Part shown: positions 26,069-34,966 of the stretch, piece by piece
Numbering within the stretch: position 1 is the stretch's first letter
How the letters are laid out: every line of letters begins with the position of its first letter
Assembly (NCBI GenBank): GCA_029573155.1
Contig: JAKQHE010000171.1
Location: 1 to 42,440 of the forward strand
From: a bacterium
GTDB lineage: Bacteria; UBP6; UBA1177; JAKLFG01
Reading direction: 5' to 3'
Length of the DNA stretch: 42,440 nt
Position numbers and translations under genes: made by a program
Notes under the pieces: model-generated
Databases searched by the model: none
The model's input: the letters and a program-made list of their open reading frames with translations, nothing else
What the model was told of the DNA's origin: nothing

Positions 26069-27244
26069 TCAGTCGGTCGGCCTGACGAGGATATCGCTCC
26101 CTTTCTGAAAGATGAAGGATCGTTCCGCTCCGCGCGCGATGACCGCTATGGCCCGGTACGTCGCGTTCTCGGTGTCTCGATCCTCCCAGAGTTTCCCGTA
26201 CTGCGGATCGTACTTTTCCAACACCAGTTCCATTTCGTGCAACTGGGTCGATGCGCCGTACGCGCACCCCTCGACATTCGAAACGCGGTCGTTGGTGCCG
26301 TACACATAGAGCGTCGATCCGATGACGCCGAAATCGCGCTGCCCCGACAGGAGACCGGTATCGAGCATAGAGACCGTTTCCAAGGCGGGAAGGGGCGTAC
26401 CGACGAACCGGTAGATCCCGCCGTCATCGCCGAGCCAGTGAAGATAGACATCGACGATGCGCGCCGGTATACCGCGATCGCCGGTCAGCGGATCAGCGGC
26501 GAGCGACTCGCCGTTCACCGTCAGCGCGTCGCGGACCGTGCCGTCGCCGTTCACCGCGAGATACCGGAACCCGGCGCCGGGGAACCAGCGGACCAGATGG
26601 ATCGTCCCCGCGGCACCGGCGAGGAACACGACGCGACCGCCCGTTCCTCCGGAAAAGGAGAACTCCTCCCCGTCCGGATCATTCACCGATAAGTGACGCC
26701 GAAGGAATAACGCCCCGTCGCGCAGACCGGCGACCCACAACTCACCAGACGGCAGGGCGATCCCGGCATGAAGTTCGTCGGCGCCGCTCGAAATGACATC
26801 CAGTTCCTTGCCTTTTTCAAGTCCCGCCGACAACTCCGTGAAAAACATGTCGAACAGAGGCCGCAGGTCCTCTTCCTCCTCACCGTGCAGCCAGCGCTTC
26901 CGCGTCGTCGCAAGCAGATACCCCCCTGCCGTGCGGGCGGTCAGGGTCGCGGCGATATCGGTCACGGGATGTTCCTGAAAGAAAAAGGCGGTCCGTTCGA
27001 AATTCTTCTTGAATCGGGCCACGAAGATACGACGGCAGGTCATTCCCCCTCCGGCGCATTCGAACCCCTTGCCGTCGATATCCCTTCGCTCGTGATCAGC
27101 ACCCCAAAGTACGAGATCGGCCCCCTCGGAGAAGGCGTCGAACCCCTCGCCGACCGCCAGCGTATCTTCTTTCGGCTCACAGGCGACGAGCGCGATGAGG
27201 AGCAGGGTCGCCCCGAGAAGATGTCGGCGGCGGAACGGCGCCAT
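26069..27244 (-). CDS. Hypothetical lipoprotein (possible beta-propeller)
   Basis: ATG 27244 lies immediately after the upstream stop. Lipobox ALVAC. Beta-rich motifs such as IFVARF, LYVYGT, LVLEKYDP..G..LW. Confidence 0.6.
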   Translation of the reverse strand: MAPFRRRHLLGATLLLIALVACEPKEDTLAVGEGFDAFSEGADLVLWGADHERRDIDGKGFECAGGGMTCRRIFVARFKKNFERTAFFFQEHPVTDIAATLTARTAGGYLLATTRKRWLHGEEEEDLRPLFDMFFTELSAGLEKGKELDVISSGADELHAGIALPSGELWVAGLRDGALFLRRHLSVNDPDGEEFSFSGGTGGRVVFLAGAAGTIHLVRWFPGAGFRYLAVNGDGTVRDALTVNGESLAADPLTGDRGIPARIVDVYLHWLGDDGGIYRFVGTPLPALETVSMLDTGLLSGQRDFGVIGSTLYVYGTNDRVSNVEGCAYGASTQLHEMELVLEKYDPQYGKLWEDRDTENATYRAIAVIARGAERSFIFQKGSDILVRPTD

Positions 27245-27245
27245 C

Positions 27246-28952
27246 TCACTGTGCTCCGGCGTAGAGCGACGGCCAATGATCACCGCGATAGATACGCCAG
27301 CCCTGCAGGCCCTCATCCGTATCCTTGATCCCCATGTCGAACACCTTTTCCGATGCCCCCTCTCCAGGGGTGACCTCGATGACGCGCGCCGACACCTTGC
27401 AATCGAGCAGGTCGTCGGTCGGTTGACCGTCGGGTCCGTGGGTGATACCGCCGAACACGACGAGCACATTGCCGGTCGCCGGGAGTTCCGCGGCATTCCC
27501 GAGGTAGGGTGCATATATCTTCTCGCCGATGTCGCTCCCCCACTCCCAGACCTGCGTCACGGTGCGCGCCGTCTCATCGACCGAGAATATCACGGCGCGG
27601 CTCCAGTTATCCTCCGCCGGGAACATCGGTTCGTAGGGGAAGGCACGGTAGGCGCCGTTGTCGAACACCAGTACCGACCCGTCGGCGCGAAGCATCGGCC
27701 CGTGCTGGTAATAGTTCCACACGAACGGTTCACCGACCGGCGCGAGCAGAAGATCGCTCCACGGCTCCTTCCAGTTATCGTGCGGCCCGAGCAGCCATTT
27801 CAACTGACCGTCGGCACGGCCCAGTTTCAGGAGCACCGACTGGTTGCGGCTAGACACGATGAAGGAATCGTCGCTCTCGTCGTACAGCAGACCGTTGGCA
27901 TGACTCCACTGCTTGAACATCCGGATGGAGGTGTATCCGAGACGGTACGGATCGAGGATATCGAAGAGTTTCCATCTCCCGACCTCGGTCCCCTCCTTGG
28001 TCAACTCGACGATCTCGTCGGCCCGTATGCCGGTATCGGCGAGCGGTGCATCGGGATCGGTCTCGCTCGTGGGCCAGTCGGCGATATCCCGCCTTTCGTT
28101 CGCGAGTATCGCGATGTTCCCCGAAGGCAGTTCGGTCACCACATGATGAAAATCGTCCACCGCTATCGGCACGCTGAAGGTGTAGGGCGCGGCCTCGCCG
28201 ACCGGGTGCCACGCGGCGCTCACCGTGCCGAGCATGTCGAGCGCGATGATCCGCTTGGTGAACTGGACGAACATGCGACCATCGCTGAACCGGCCGAAAT
28301 CGTAACAATCACCGCCGTCACGAAAGTACCAGCCGACCCGCCCCTCCCTATCAAGAGCGACGATGAGGCATCCGTAGGTGAAATCGACCAGCGCGGTGCC
28401 TGTCGAGTGAGAGATGTTGAGAAGCGTCCATCCCTGCTCGCGACGATCCGGCGTGTTCACGGTGATATCGATCGGCGGAAGATCATCGGGAAGCGCCGGA
28501 GCATCGAGCGTGACCGGGTCTCCGACGGTGGCCCACGGCCCGTCAGGGGCGCGTACCGCGACGGCGATGCTGTTCTTGACGCCCGGGAAGAGCCCCAGTA
28601 CGGGGAACCGGTGCTCGACCGCCGGTTCGCCCAGCACCTCGGCAACGCGGCTCTCGTCGCCCGCCGTTATCGTGACGCGGACCACGGCCGGAATATCGGT
28701 CGTGAGTGTGCCGACCGCCGCGAGAGGCGCCTTATCATTGTCGTTCAGTGTTATCACCGGACCTTCGAGCGCCTGCGGTACCGGCCCATCGTCATCGGGG
28801 AGCAGGTCGTCCTCCACCTCGACGATATCTTGATCAAAGGTCCCGTCCTCTATGTCGGTTACGTCCTTGTCGTCCTTTTCCCCGTTGACAGCGCCGCCGT
28901 CGCAGGCACCGATGAAACCGACGACAAGGATCATGAGATAAAAAAAGCGCAT
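27246..28952 (-). CDS. Aryl-sulfate sulfotransferase (ASST family) lipoprotein
   Basis: Lipobox FIGAC. N-terminal APL...H..PVLGL.PG..N domain, FHH, WSHANG, SSRNQS, YQH, FDNG, and terminal YR. Confidence 0.88.
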   Translation of the reverse strand: MRFFYLMILVVGFIGACDGGAVNGEKDDKDVTDIEDGTFDQDIVEVEDDLLPDDDGPVPQALEGPVITLNDNDKAPLAAVGTLTTDIPAVVRVTITAGDESRVAEVLGEPAVEHRFPVLGLFPGVKNSIAVAVRAPDGPWATVGDPVTLDAPALPDDLPPIDITVNTPDRREQGWTLLNISHSTGTALVDFTYGCLIVALDREGRVGWYFRDGGDCYDFGRFSDGRMFVQFTKRIIALDMLGTVSAAWHPVGEAAPYTFSVPIAVDDFHHVVTELPSGNIAILANERRDIADWPTSETDPDAPLADTGIRADEIVELTKEGTEVGRWKLFDILDPYRLGYTSIRMFKQWSHANGLLYDESDDSFIVSSRNQSVLLKLGRADGQLKWLLGPHDNWKEPWSDLLLAPVGEPFVWNYYQHGPMLRADGSVLVFDNGAYRAFPYEPMFPAEDNWSRAVIFSVDETARTVTQVWEWGSDIGEKIYAPYLGNAAELPATGNVLVVFGGITHGPDGQPTDDLLDCKVSARVIEVTPGEGASEKVFDMGIKDTDEGLQGWRIYRGDHWPSLYAGAQ

Positions 28953-28980
28953 CTGGCTCTCCGCTCATCAGAACAGAGGC

Positions 28981-29009
28981 AGGATAAGACCGAACGATGT
29001 TTTTGTCAA
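28981..29009 (-). promoter_or_regulatory. sigma70-type promoter for the ASST operon
   Basis: Minus strand TTGACA-N17-TATCCT. Confidence 0.7.
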
Positions 29010-29029
29010 TCACCCGGGCTCTTCTTTTC

Positions 29030-29057
29030 TTGCCTCCCGCAACAGAGCCGCTATAAT
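29030..29057 (+). promoter_or_regulatory. sigma70-type promoter
   Basis: TTGCCT-N16-TATAAT. Confidence 0.6.
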
Positions 29058-29085
29058 CGCGACGGTTTTTTTGCGGAGTGTCCTT

Positions 29086-29787
29086 TTGCGCGTCCTGCTC
29101 GTCATCGTCGTCCTCACCTGCCTCGCCCTGCCGCTCTGCGCACAGGTCCCCGAAGAACTGCCCGACACCCCAACGCTCGTCTCGAAACTGCGGGCGAAAT
29201 ACGCCCCCATTTACAAAAAATACACTGGGTTCGAGACCACCCGCGATTTCACGACCAAGACCTACGATCCCGAGACGGGCGAACTCCTCTCGACCGCCCG
29301 CACCGTCGTGCGGAAAAAGGAATATTTCTACAAAGAACCCGACAGCACCGTCATCAGTCACGAGGAGAACGGCAAGAAACTTGATCCGGGCGACTACGAC
29401 ACCACTGAGATAGAGCCGTTCTGGCCGCTTTTCGACGACAAGAGCGCGGAGCACTACGACTTCCGCGTCTCGGGGACCGCCACCATCGAGGGGCGCCCCT
29501 GCATCATGCTCGAAGTGACCCCGAAAGGGAACGACTACCGCCACTTCAAGGGTAACGCCTACATCACGACCGACACCGTCGAACTCCTGATGATAGAGGG
29601 AAGACCGACCAAAACGCACTGGGCGATGAAGGAGTTCTCGGTGAAATACCTCTACGAGCCGGTTTCCGGTGGCTACTGCATGAAGAAGGGCTGGTTCACC
29701 GCCCGCGTCTATGTGTTCCTCGTCCGCCCCGACCGCCGTCATGTCTACGAGGTGACCGGTCGCGAGACAAAACCCCTAGTCAAGTGA
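29086..29787 (+). CDS. Hypothetical exported protein (possible LolA/MucB-like fold)
   Basis: GGAG 7 nt before TTG 29086. Signal peptide. IEGRPCIMLEVTPK...FKGNAYI motif is typical of LolA-like proteins (inference). Confidence 0.55.
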   Translation: MRVLLVIVVLTCLALPLCAQVPEELPDTPTLVSKLRAKYAPIYKKYTGFETTRDFTTKTYDPETGELLSTARTVVRKKEYFYKEPDSTVISHEENGKKLDPGDYDTTEIEPFWPLFDDKSAEHYDFRVSGTATIEGRPCIMLEVTPKGNDYRHFKGNAYITTDTVELLMIEGRPTKTHWAMKEFSVKYLYEPVSGGYCMKKGWFTARVYVFLVRPDRRHVYEVTGRETKPLVK

Positions 29788-29834
29788 TATCAGGCACCTA
29801 AGATTTTTCTCCCCTTTCCGAGCCGCTTTTATTG

Positions 29835-29883
29835 CTAATCGTTTCTTAACCGGGTATTAACGGAAAACAAACTTGCTCTTCAC
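29835..29883 (+). promoter_or_regulatory. Pho-box-like array (5 pentamers at 11-bp period)
   Basis: CTAAT 29835, TTAAC 29846, TTAAC 29857, CAAAC 29868, TTCAC 29879, upstream of a Na/Pi transporter. Confidence 0.65.
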
Positions 29884-29897
29884 AAAAGAGGCGGGGT

Positions 29898-31628
29898 ATG
29901 GACTGGAAAACGGTAGCGTTCGAGGTCTGCGGCGGTCTCGGCCTGTTCCTCATGGGCATGCATATCCTGTCGGAGGGCATGCAGAAGGTCTCGGGCGACC
30001 GTCTCCGCAGGATACTCGGCTTCCTCACACAAAATCGCTTTATGGCGATCTTCGTCGGGCTTTCCATCACTTCGGTCATCCAGTCGAGTTCGGCCACCAC
30101 CGTCATGGCGGTCGGCTTCGTCAACGCGAGCCTGCTGTCGCTCGAACAGGCGATCGGCGTCATCCTCGGCGCCAACATCGGCACCACCATCACCGGCTGG
30201 CTCGTGTCGCTGTCGATAGTACAGTACGCGATGGTCATCATCGCCGCCGGCGTCCTTCTGAAGTTCATCGGGCGAAACGAAACGGTGCGCTACAGCGGCG
30301 AGGCGATATTCGGACTCGGCATCCTGTTCCTCGGGATGAACCTCATGAGCGACGGTCTGGCCCCTCTGCGCGATGACAAGGAGTTCGTTTCCTTCTTCAC
30401 CAAGGTCGACGGCCGCACCTACTCCAGCGTATTCATCGGGGTTCTCATCGGCACGGTGGCGACGGCCCTTGTCCAGTCGAGTTCGGCAACGCTCGGCATC
30501 ATCATCGCGCTGGCCTCACAGGGGCTGCTTTCCTTCCCGGCAGCCATCGCGCTGGTGCTCGGCACCAATATCGGCACCACCGTCACGGCACTGTTAGCGA
30601 GCATCGGGACCAATTACCACGCTAAACGGGCCGCCGCCGCGCATATCTTGTTCAATTTCTTCGGGGTCATCATCGTCCTCATCGTCTTCTACCCCTTCCT
30701 TCGCATGGTCGACCTCTTCCTGCCGGGCGACCCCGACATGGTGATACGGACCGCTGAAGAGGCGGCGAAGTACGGTTTCGGCATCGGCGCCAAGCCACTG
30801 GCCGGCGTCCATATCGCGCTCGCCCATTCGCTGTTCAACATCACCAATGTCGTCATCTTCACCCCGCTCATCGCCTTCCTCGCCTTCGTCGTGAAGAAGA
30901 TAGTTCCTGAACCGAAGGCGAAACTGCCCAAGACGCCGCATCAGTTCGCCCACATCCACTACGGTCTCATCGCGACCCCCGCGCTGGGTATCATAGAGTC
31001 GGAAAAGGAACTCTATGCCATGGCCGAACGGGTCAAGAAGAACTCGAAGCGCATCCGCGATATCCTCGGCGGAAAACGGGAAGCGGGCACAGCGGCCGAG
31101 AAGATAGAGAAGAACGAAGAACTCATCGACGAATACCGCATGGCGATCACCGAGTTCCTCCTGTCGCTGGCGCAACGTTCGCTGTCCCGCGAAGACGCGG
31201 CGAAGGTCGGCAATTACATCACCTGCGCTCACAACCTCGAAAAATACGCCGACTATGTCACCAACATGACCCGCGTTTACCTGAAGATGAAGAGTGACAA
31301 CCTCGTCCTCTCCGATGCAGCGCGCACCTCTCTGCAAGATATCGTAAATGATATCGAGGAGTTCTACGAATCGACCATAGTCCCGTTGAGCGGGGTCGAG
31401 GTTGACGCAAAAAATTTCCTCGCTACGGCAACGATGCGTAAAAAGGAGATAAAGGATCGTATCCGCGCCGCGAAGATGGGCCATTTCCAGCGGCTTCAGG
31501 AAGGAACCTGTAGAGGAGAGGCTTCTATGTCCTATATCGATATCCTCGTCAATGTCGACGGCATGGTCTCGCAGGTCCACAATATCGCCGAAACGCTCAC
31601 GCTCTCCAAATTCTCGGGTATCGCCTGA
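29898..31628 (+). CDS. Na+/phosphate cotransporter (NptA/YjbB, SLC34-like) with PhoU-like C-terminal domain, copy 1
   Basis: GGLGLFL.GM, two QSSS motifs, GANIGTT and GTNIGTT, LEKYADY. Confidence 0.92.
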   Translation: MDWKTVAFEVCGGLGLFLMGMHILSEGMQKVSGDRLRRILGFLTQNRFMAIFVGLSITSVIQSSSATTVMAVGFVNASLLSLEQAIGVILGANIGTTITGWLVSLSIVQYAMVIIAAGVLLKFIGRNETVRYSGEAIFGLGILFLGMNLMSDGLAPLRDDKEFVSFFTKVDGRTYSSVFIGVLIGTVATALVQSSSATLGIIIALASQGLLSFPAAIALVLGTNIGTTVTALLASIGTNYHAKRAAAAHILFNFFGVIIVLIVFYPFLRMVDLFLPGDPDMVIRTAEEAAKYGFGIGAKPLAGVHIALAHSLFNITNVVIFTPLIAFLAFVVKKIVPEPKAKLPKTPHQFAHIHYGLIATPALGIIESEKELYAMAERVKKNSKRIRDILGGKREAGTAAEKIEKNEELIDEYRMAITEFLLSLAQRSLSREDAAKVGNYITCAHNLEKYADYVTNMTRVYLKMKSDNLVLSDAARTSLQDIVNDIEEFYESTIVPLSGVEVDAKNFLATATMRKKEIKDRIRAAKMGHFQRLQEGTCRGEASMSYIDILVNVDGMVSQVHNIAETLTLSKFSGIA

Positions 31629-31644
31629 ATACCGGAGCGAGAAA

Positions 31645-31732
31645 TTAACCGTTTTTTAACAATCCCCTCCCTCCATTTAGTTGCTAATCCTTCCTTAAAC
31701 ATGTATCAACGGAACGCTGACCCTTATCTGAC
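31645..31732 (+). promoter_or_regulatory. Pho-box-like array upstream of the second Na/Pi transporter
   Basis: TTAAC 31645 and 31656; then CTAAT 31684, TTAAA 31695, TCAAC 31706, CTGAC 31717, CTGAC 31728 (11-bp period). Confidence 0.65.
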
Positions 31733-31750
31733 AGAAGAGTGGAGAGACAT

Positions 31751-33484
31751 GTGGACTGGAAAACGATAGCGTTCGAGGTCTTCGGCGGACTTGGTCTGTT
31801 CCTTCTTGGCATGAAGATCATGTCGGAAGGCATGCAGAAGGTCGCGGGCGACCGGCTCCGCAAGGTACTTGGCTTCCTGACACAGAATCGCTTCATGGCG
31901 ATATTGGTCGGCATGACGGTCACGGCGGTCATCCAGTCGAGTTCGGCCACCACCGTCATGACCGTCGGGTTCGTCAACGCGCAACTCATGACCCTCACGC
32001 AGGCGATCGGCGTCATACTCGGCGCCAACATCGGCACCACGGTCACCGGCTGGCTCGTGTCGCTCGCGGTGGTCAAATACGCGATGGTCATCATCGGTAT
32101 CGGCGTCCTGTTGCGCTTCGCCGGTCACAACGAGACTGTTCGCTACAGTGGCGAAGCGATATCGGGACTCGGCCTGCTCTTTCTCGGCATGACCACGATG
32201 AGCGACGGACTCGCCCCTTTGCGCGACAGCCCCGGGTTCGTCCATTTCTTCACCATGGTCGACGGGGTGACCTACCCCAGTATCCTTCTCGGTGTCTTCA
32301 TCGGCACGGTGACCACCGTAGCGGTCCAGTCGAGTTCGGCCACCATCGGTATCGCCATCGCGCTCGCCACGCAGGGCCTGCTCACTTTTCCCGGCGCGGT
32401 CTCACTGATATTGGGCGACAACATCGGCACCACCATCACGGCGCTGTTGGCGAGCATCGGGACCAATCACCACGCCAAACGGGCCGCCTTCGCCCATACG
32501 ATGTTCAATGTGTTCGGCGTTGTCATCATCCTGATCATTTTCTTTCCCTTCGTCGCGCTCGTGAACACCTTCATCCCGCAGGACGCCGATCTGACGATAC
32601 GGACCGCCGAGGAGGCGGCGCGCTACGGCATGGCGATCGGCGCGAAGCCCTTCATCGGGCCCCATGTAGCCATGGCCCACACCATGTTCAATGTCACCAA
32701 CGTCATCTTCTTCACGCCGCTTATCGGCTTCCTCGCCTTTATGGTCAGGAAGATAGTGCCCGAGCCGAAGGCGAAACCGTCAAAGGGGGTCCGCCAGTTC
32801 GTTCATATCCATTACGGGCTGGTCGAAACACCTGCTTTGGGCATCCTTGAGTCGGAAAAGGAACTCTATGCCATGGCCGAACGGGTCAAGAAGAACTCGA
32901 AGCGCATCCGCGACATCCTCGGCGACAAACGCGACGCAGGCGTGGCAGCCGAAAAGATAGAGAAGAACGAGGAACTCATCGACGAATACCGCAAGGCGAT
33001 AACAGAATTCCTGCTCTCGCTCTCCCAACGGTCATTGTCGCGCGAGGATGCCGGGAAGGTCGGCAACTACATCACCTGCGCTCACAACCTCGAAAAATAC
33101 GCCGACTATGTCACCAACATGACCCGCGCCTACCTCAAGATGAAGAGTGACAACCTTATCCTTTCCGACGCGGCGCGCACCTCTCTGTACGATATCGTGA
33201 GCGACATCGAGGAGTTCTACGAAGCGACCATCGTCCCGCTCAGCGGCGTCGAGGTCGACGCGAAGAATTTCCTCGCCACCGCCACGACGCGCAAGAGGGA
33301 GATAAAGGAACGGGTGCGTGCCGCCAAGATGGGACATTTCGAGCGGCTGCAGGCAGGCACCTGCAAGGGAGAGGCCTCGATGGCCTATGTCGATATCCTC
33401 GTCAACATCGACGGCATGGTCTCACAGGTCCACAACATCGCCGAGACGCTCACGCTTTCGAAGTTCTCGGGAACCTCCGCGTAA
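31751..33484 (+). CDS. Na+/phosphate cotransporter, copy 2
   Basis: GTG start after GGAGAG. Colinear, highly similar paralog of 29898-31628. Confidence 0.92.
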   Translation: MDWKTIAFEVFGGLGLFLLGMKIMSEGMQKVAGDRLRKVLGFLTQNRFMAILVGMTVTAVIQSSSATTVMTVGFVNAQLMTLTQAIGVILGANIGTTVTGWLVSLAVVKYAMVIIGIGVLLRFAGHNETVRYSGEAISGLGLLFLGMTTMSDGLAPLRDSPGFVHFFTMVDGVTYPSILLGVFIGTVTTVAVQSSSATIGIAIALATQGLLTFPGAVSLILGDNIGTTITALLASIGTNHHAKRAAFAHTMFNVFGVVIILIIFFPFVALVNTFIPQDADLTIRTAEEAARYGMAIGAKPFIGPHVAMAHTMFNVTNVIFFTPLIGFLAFMVRKIVPEPKAKPSKGVRQFVHIHYGLVETPALGILESEKELYAMAERVKKNSKRIRDILGDKRDAGVAAEKIEKNEELIDEYRKAITEFLLSLSQRSLSREDAGKVGNYITCAHNLEKYADYVTNMTRAYLKMKSDNLILSDAARTSLYDIVSDIEEFYEATIVPLSGVEVDAKNFLATATTRKREIKERVRAAKMGHFERLQAGTCKGEASMAYVDILVNIDGMVSQVHNIAETLTLSKFSGTSA

Positions 33485-33492
33485 ACGGGCCC

Positions 33493-34476
33493 CTATTCTC
33501 CGTTGAACAGCGGCCAGAGGTAGTAGAAGCCGGCCGGTATCGAGTCGCGCCCCGCAAGCGAGATGTTGACGAGGTGCGGCACCTTCATCCCCTCGGGGCG
33601 GACATTGTTGTTGTAGTAACTGTCGTTCGGGTAGTAGGTGCGACGATAAACGACCACCTGCGCGTCGACGCCGACCCCCGCGGCCTTTTTCGCCGCGACG
33701 GTCGCCTCGTCGAGATACCCGATATCGTCGATAAGCCCAAGTTCTTTCGCTTTTCTCGGCAGGAAGACCGCCGCCGTCCTGACCTCGTTCATGGCCGCCT
33801 CGCTCACCTTCCGATGCTTGATCACCTTGGCGTAGAAATCGGCCGCCAGTTCATCCACGATGTTCTGGAAGAACGCCTTCTCCTCCGGCGTCGTAGGGAC
33901 GAAGGGAGACCCGGTATCCTTCGCGTCACCCGATTTGTCGACCTCGACCGACACCCCGATCTTATCCATGAGTCCATGCAGTTTAGGTCGCATGAACACG
34001 ACGCCGACCGAGCCGGTGACGGTCGAAGGATGCGCGACGATACGATCGGCCGGTAACGAGATAAAGTAGCCGCCGGATGTCGCCATGTTCATCATAGCCA
34101 CGACCACCTTCTTGCCCGACCGCTCCTTGAAACGGAGTATCTCGTGGTAGAGCATGTCGCTCGCCGTCACGGTGCCGCCCGGCGTGTCCACGACGAGCAG
34201 TACACATCTCACCGCATCATCGGACTCGGCGAGTGCCAGTTGGGCGACGGTATCCTGCACGACGCTCGGGAGCGAACGCAGAAGCCCCTGTTCCGGCTGG
34301 TCGGTGATCATCCCCTGCACACGGATGAGCGCTATCTTCTGCTTGCCGGCACCTTCAAGAACGAATTCACGGAACGGGTCGCTTCCGTCGCTGAAGAACT
34401 TCACCTGTGTCTGGAAACAGCCCGTCAAGATCAGTGTCAGGAAAAAGGTAACGACCGACCATCGAAGATAACGCAT
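33493..34476 (-). CDS. sppA: Signal peptide peptidase SppA (S49), lipoprotein form
   Basis: Lipobox LTGC. VDTPGGTVTASD, ATSGGYFI, TGSVGV, KSG..KD.GSP, A.ELGLIDDIGY. Confidence 0.9.
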   Translation of the reverse strand: MRYLRWSVVTFFLTLILTGCFQTQVKFFSDGSDPFREFVLEGAGKQKIALIRVQGMITDQPEQGLLRSLPSVVQDTVAQLALAESDDAVRCVLLVVDTPGGTVTASDMLYHEILRFKERSGKKVVVAMMNMATSGGYFISLPADRIVAHPSTVTGSVGVVFMRPKLHGLMDKIGVSVEVDKSGDAKDTGSPFVPTTPEEKAFFQNIVDELAADFYAKVIKHRKVSEAAMNEVRTAAVFLPRKAKELGLIDDIGYLDEATVAAKKAAGVGVDAQVVVYRRTYYPNDSYYNNNVRPEGMKVPHLVNISLAGRDSIPAGFYYLWPLFNGE

Positions 34477-34519
34477 GAACAGCCTCCGTGGGATGGGTCC
34501 GCCGGATCGCGACGACCGG

Positions 34520-34966
34520 TCAGACCTCGTTGTCACTCTTGTTCTTGACCAATTGTTTCGTCAGGTTGCGGATGCGCCGGTTGAGCACCTTGATGATGCC
34601 GATGGCCACCTCGTCGCGCTGTTTCATGATCTCGTAGAAATCGTCGCGATCTATCTTGAGCAGCGTCACATCGCTCAGCGACACGACATCGGCCGAACGG
34701 GGTTGCGAGTCCAGTATCGCCATCTCACCGAAATAGCCGCCCTGCCGGATGGTATCTATCTTGCGGTCGCCCGATACGACATCCACCTCTCCCTTCACGA
34801 TGATGAACAATTCCCTTCCCAACTCGCCCTCGTGGACGATATAGGTACCACGGTCCATCGTCACCTCCTCGATGACGAACGCGATGTCGGCCAGCACCTC
34901 GCCCGGAATGTCGCTGAACAGCTCGACATTCTTGAGCGCGAGTACCTTTTCAACCGTCGTAAGCAT
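34520..34966 (-). CDS. Stand-alone cyclic-nucleotide-binding domain protein
   Basis: EKVLALKNVELFS, IVHEGELG, IIVKGEV, YFGEMAILDSQPRSA. Own RBS (GGGAGG). Confidence 0.88.
   Translation of the reverse strand: MLTTVEKVLALKNVELFSDIPGEVLADIAFVIEEVTMDRGTYIVHEGELGRELFIIVKGEVDVVSGDRKIDTIRQGGYFGEMAILDSQPRSADVVSLSDVTLLKIDRDDFYEIMKQRDEVAIGIIKVLNRRIRNLTKQLVKNKSDNEV

Noticed and set aside
19261-27514. Extended N-termini in the ORF track (19261, 20928, 23818, 25282, 27514)
   Set aside because: Downstream ATGs with an RBS, translational coupling and/or signal peptides (19351, 21030, 23761, 25342, 27244) fit better. The extensions overlap neighbouring genes or promoters.
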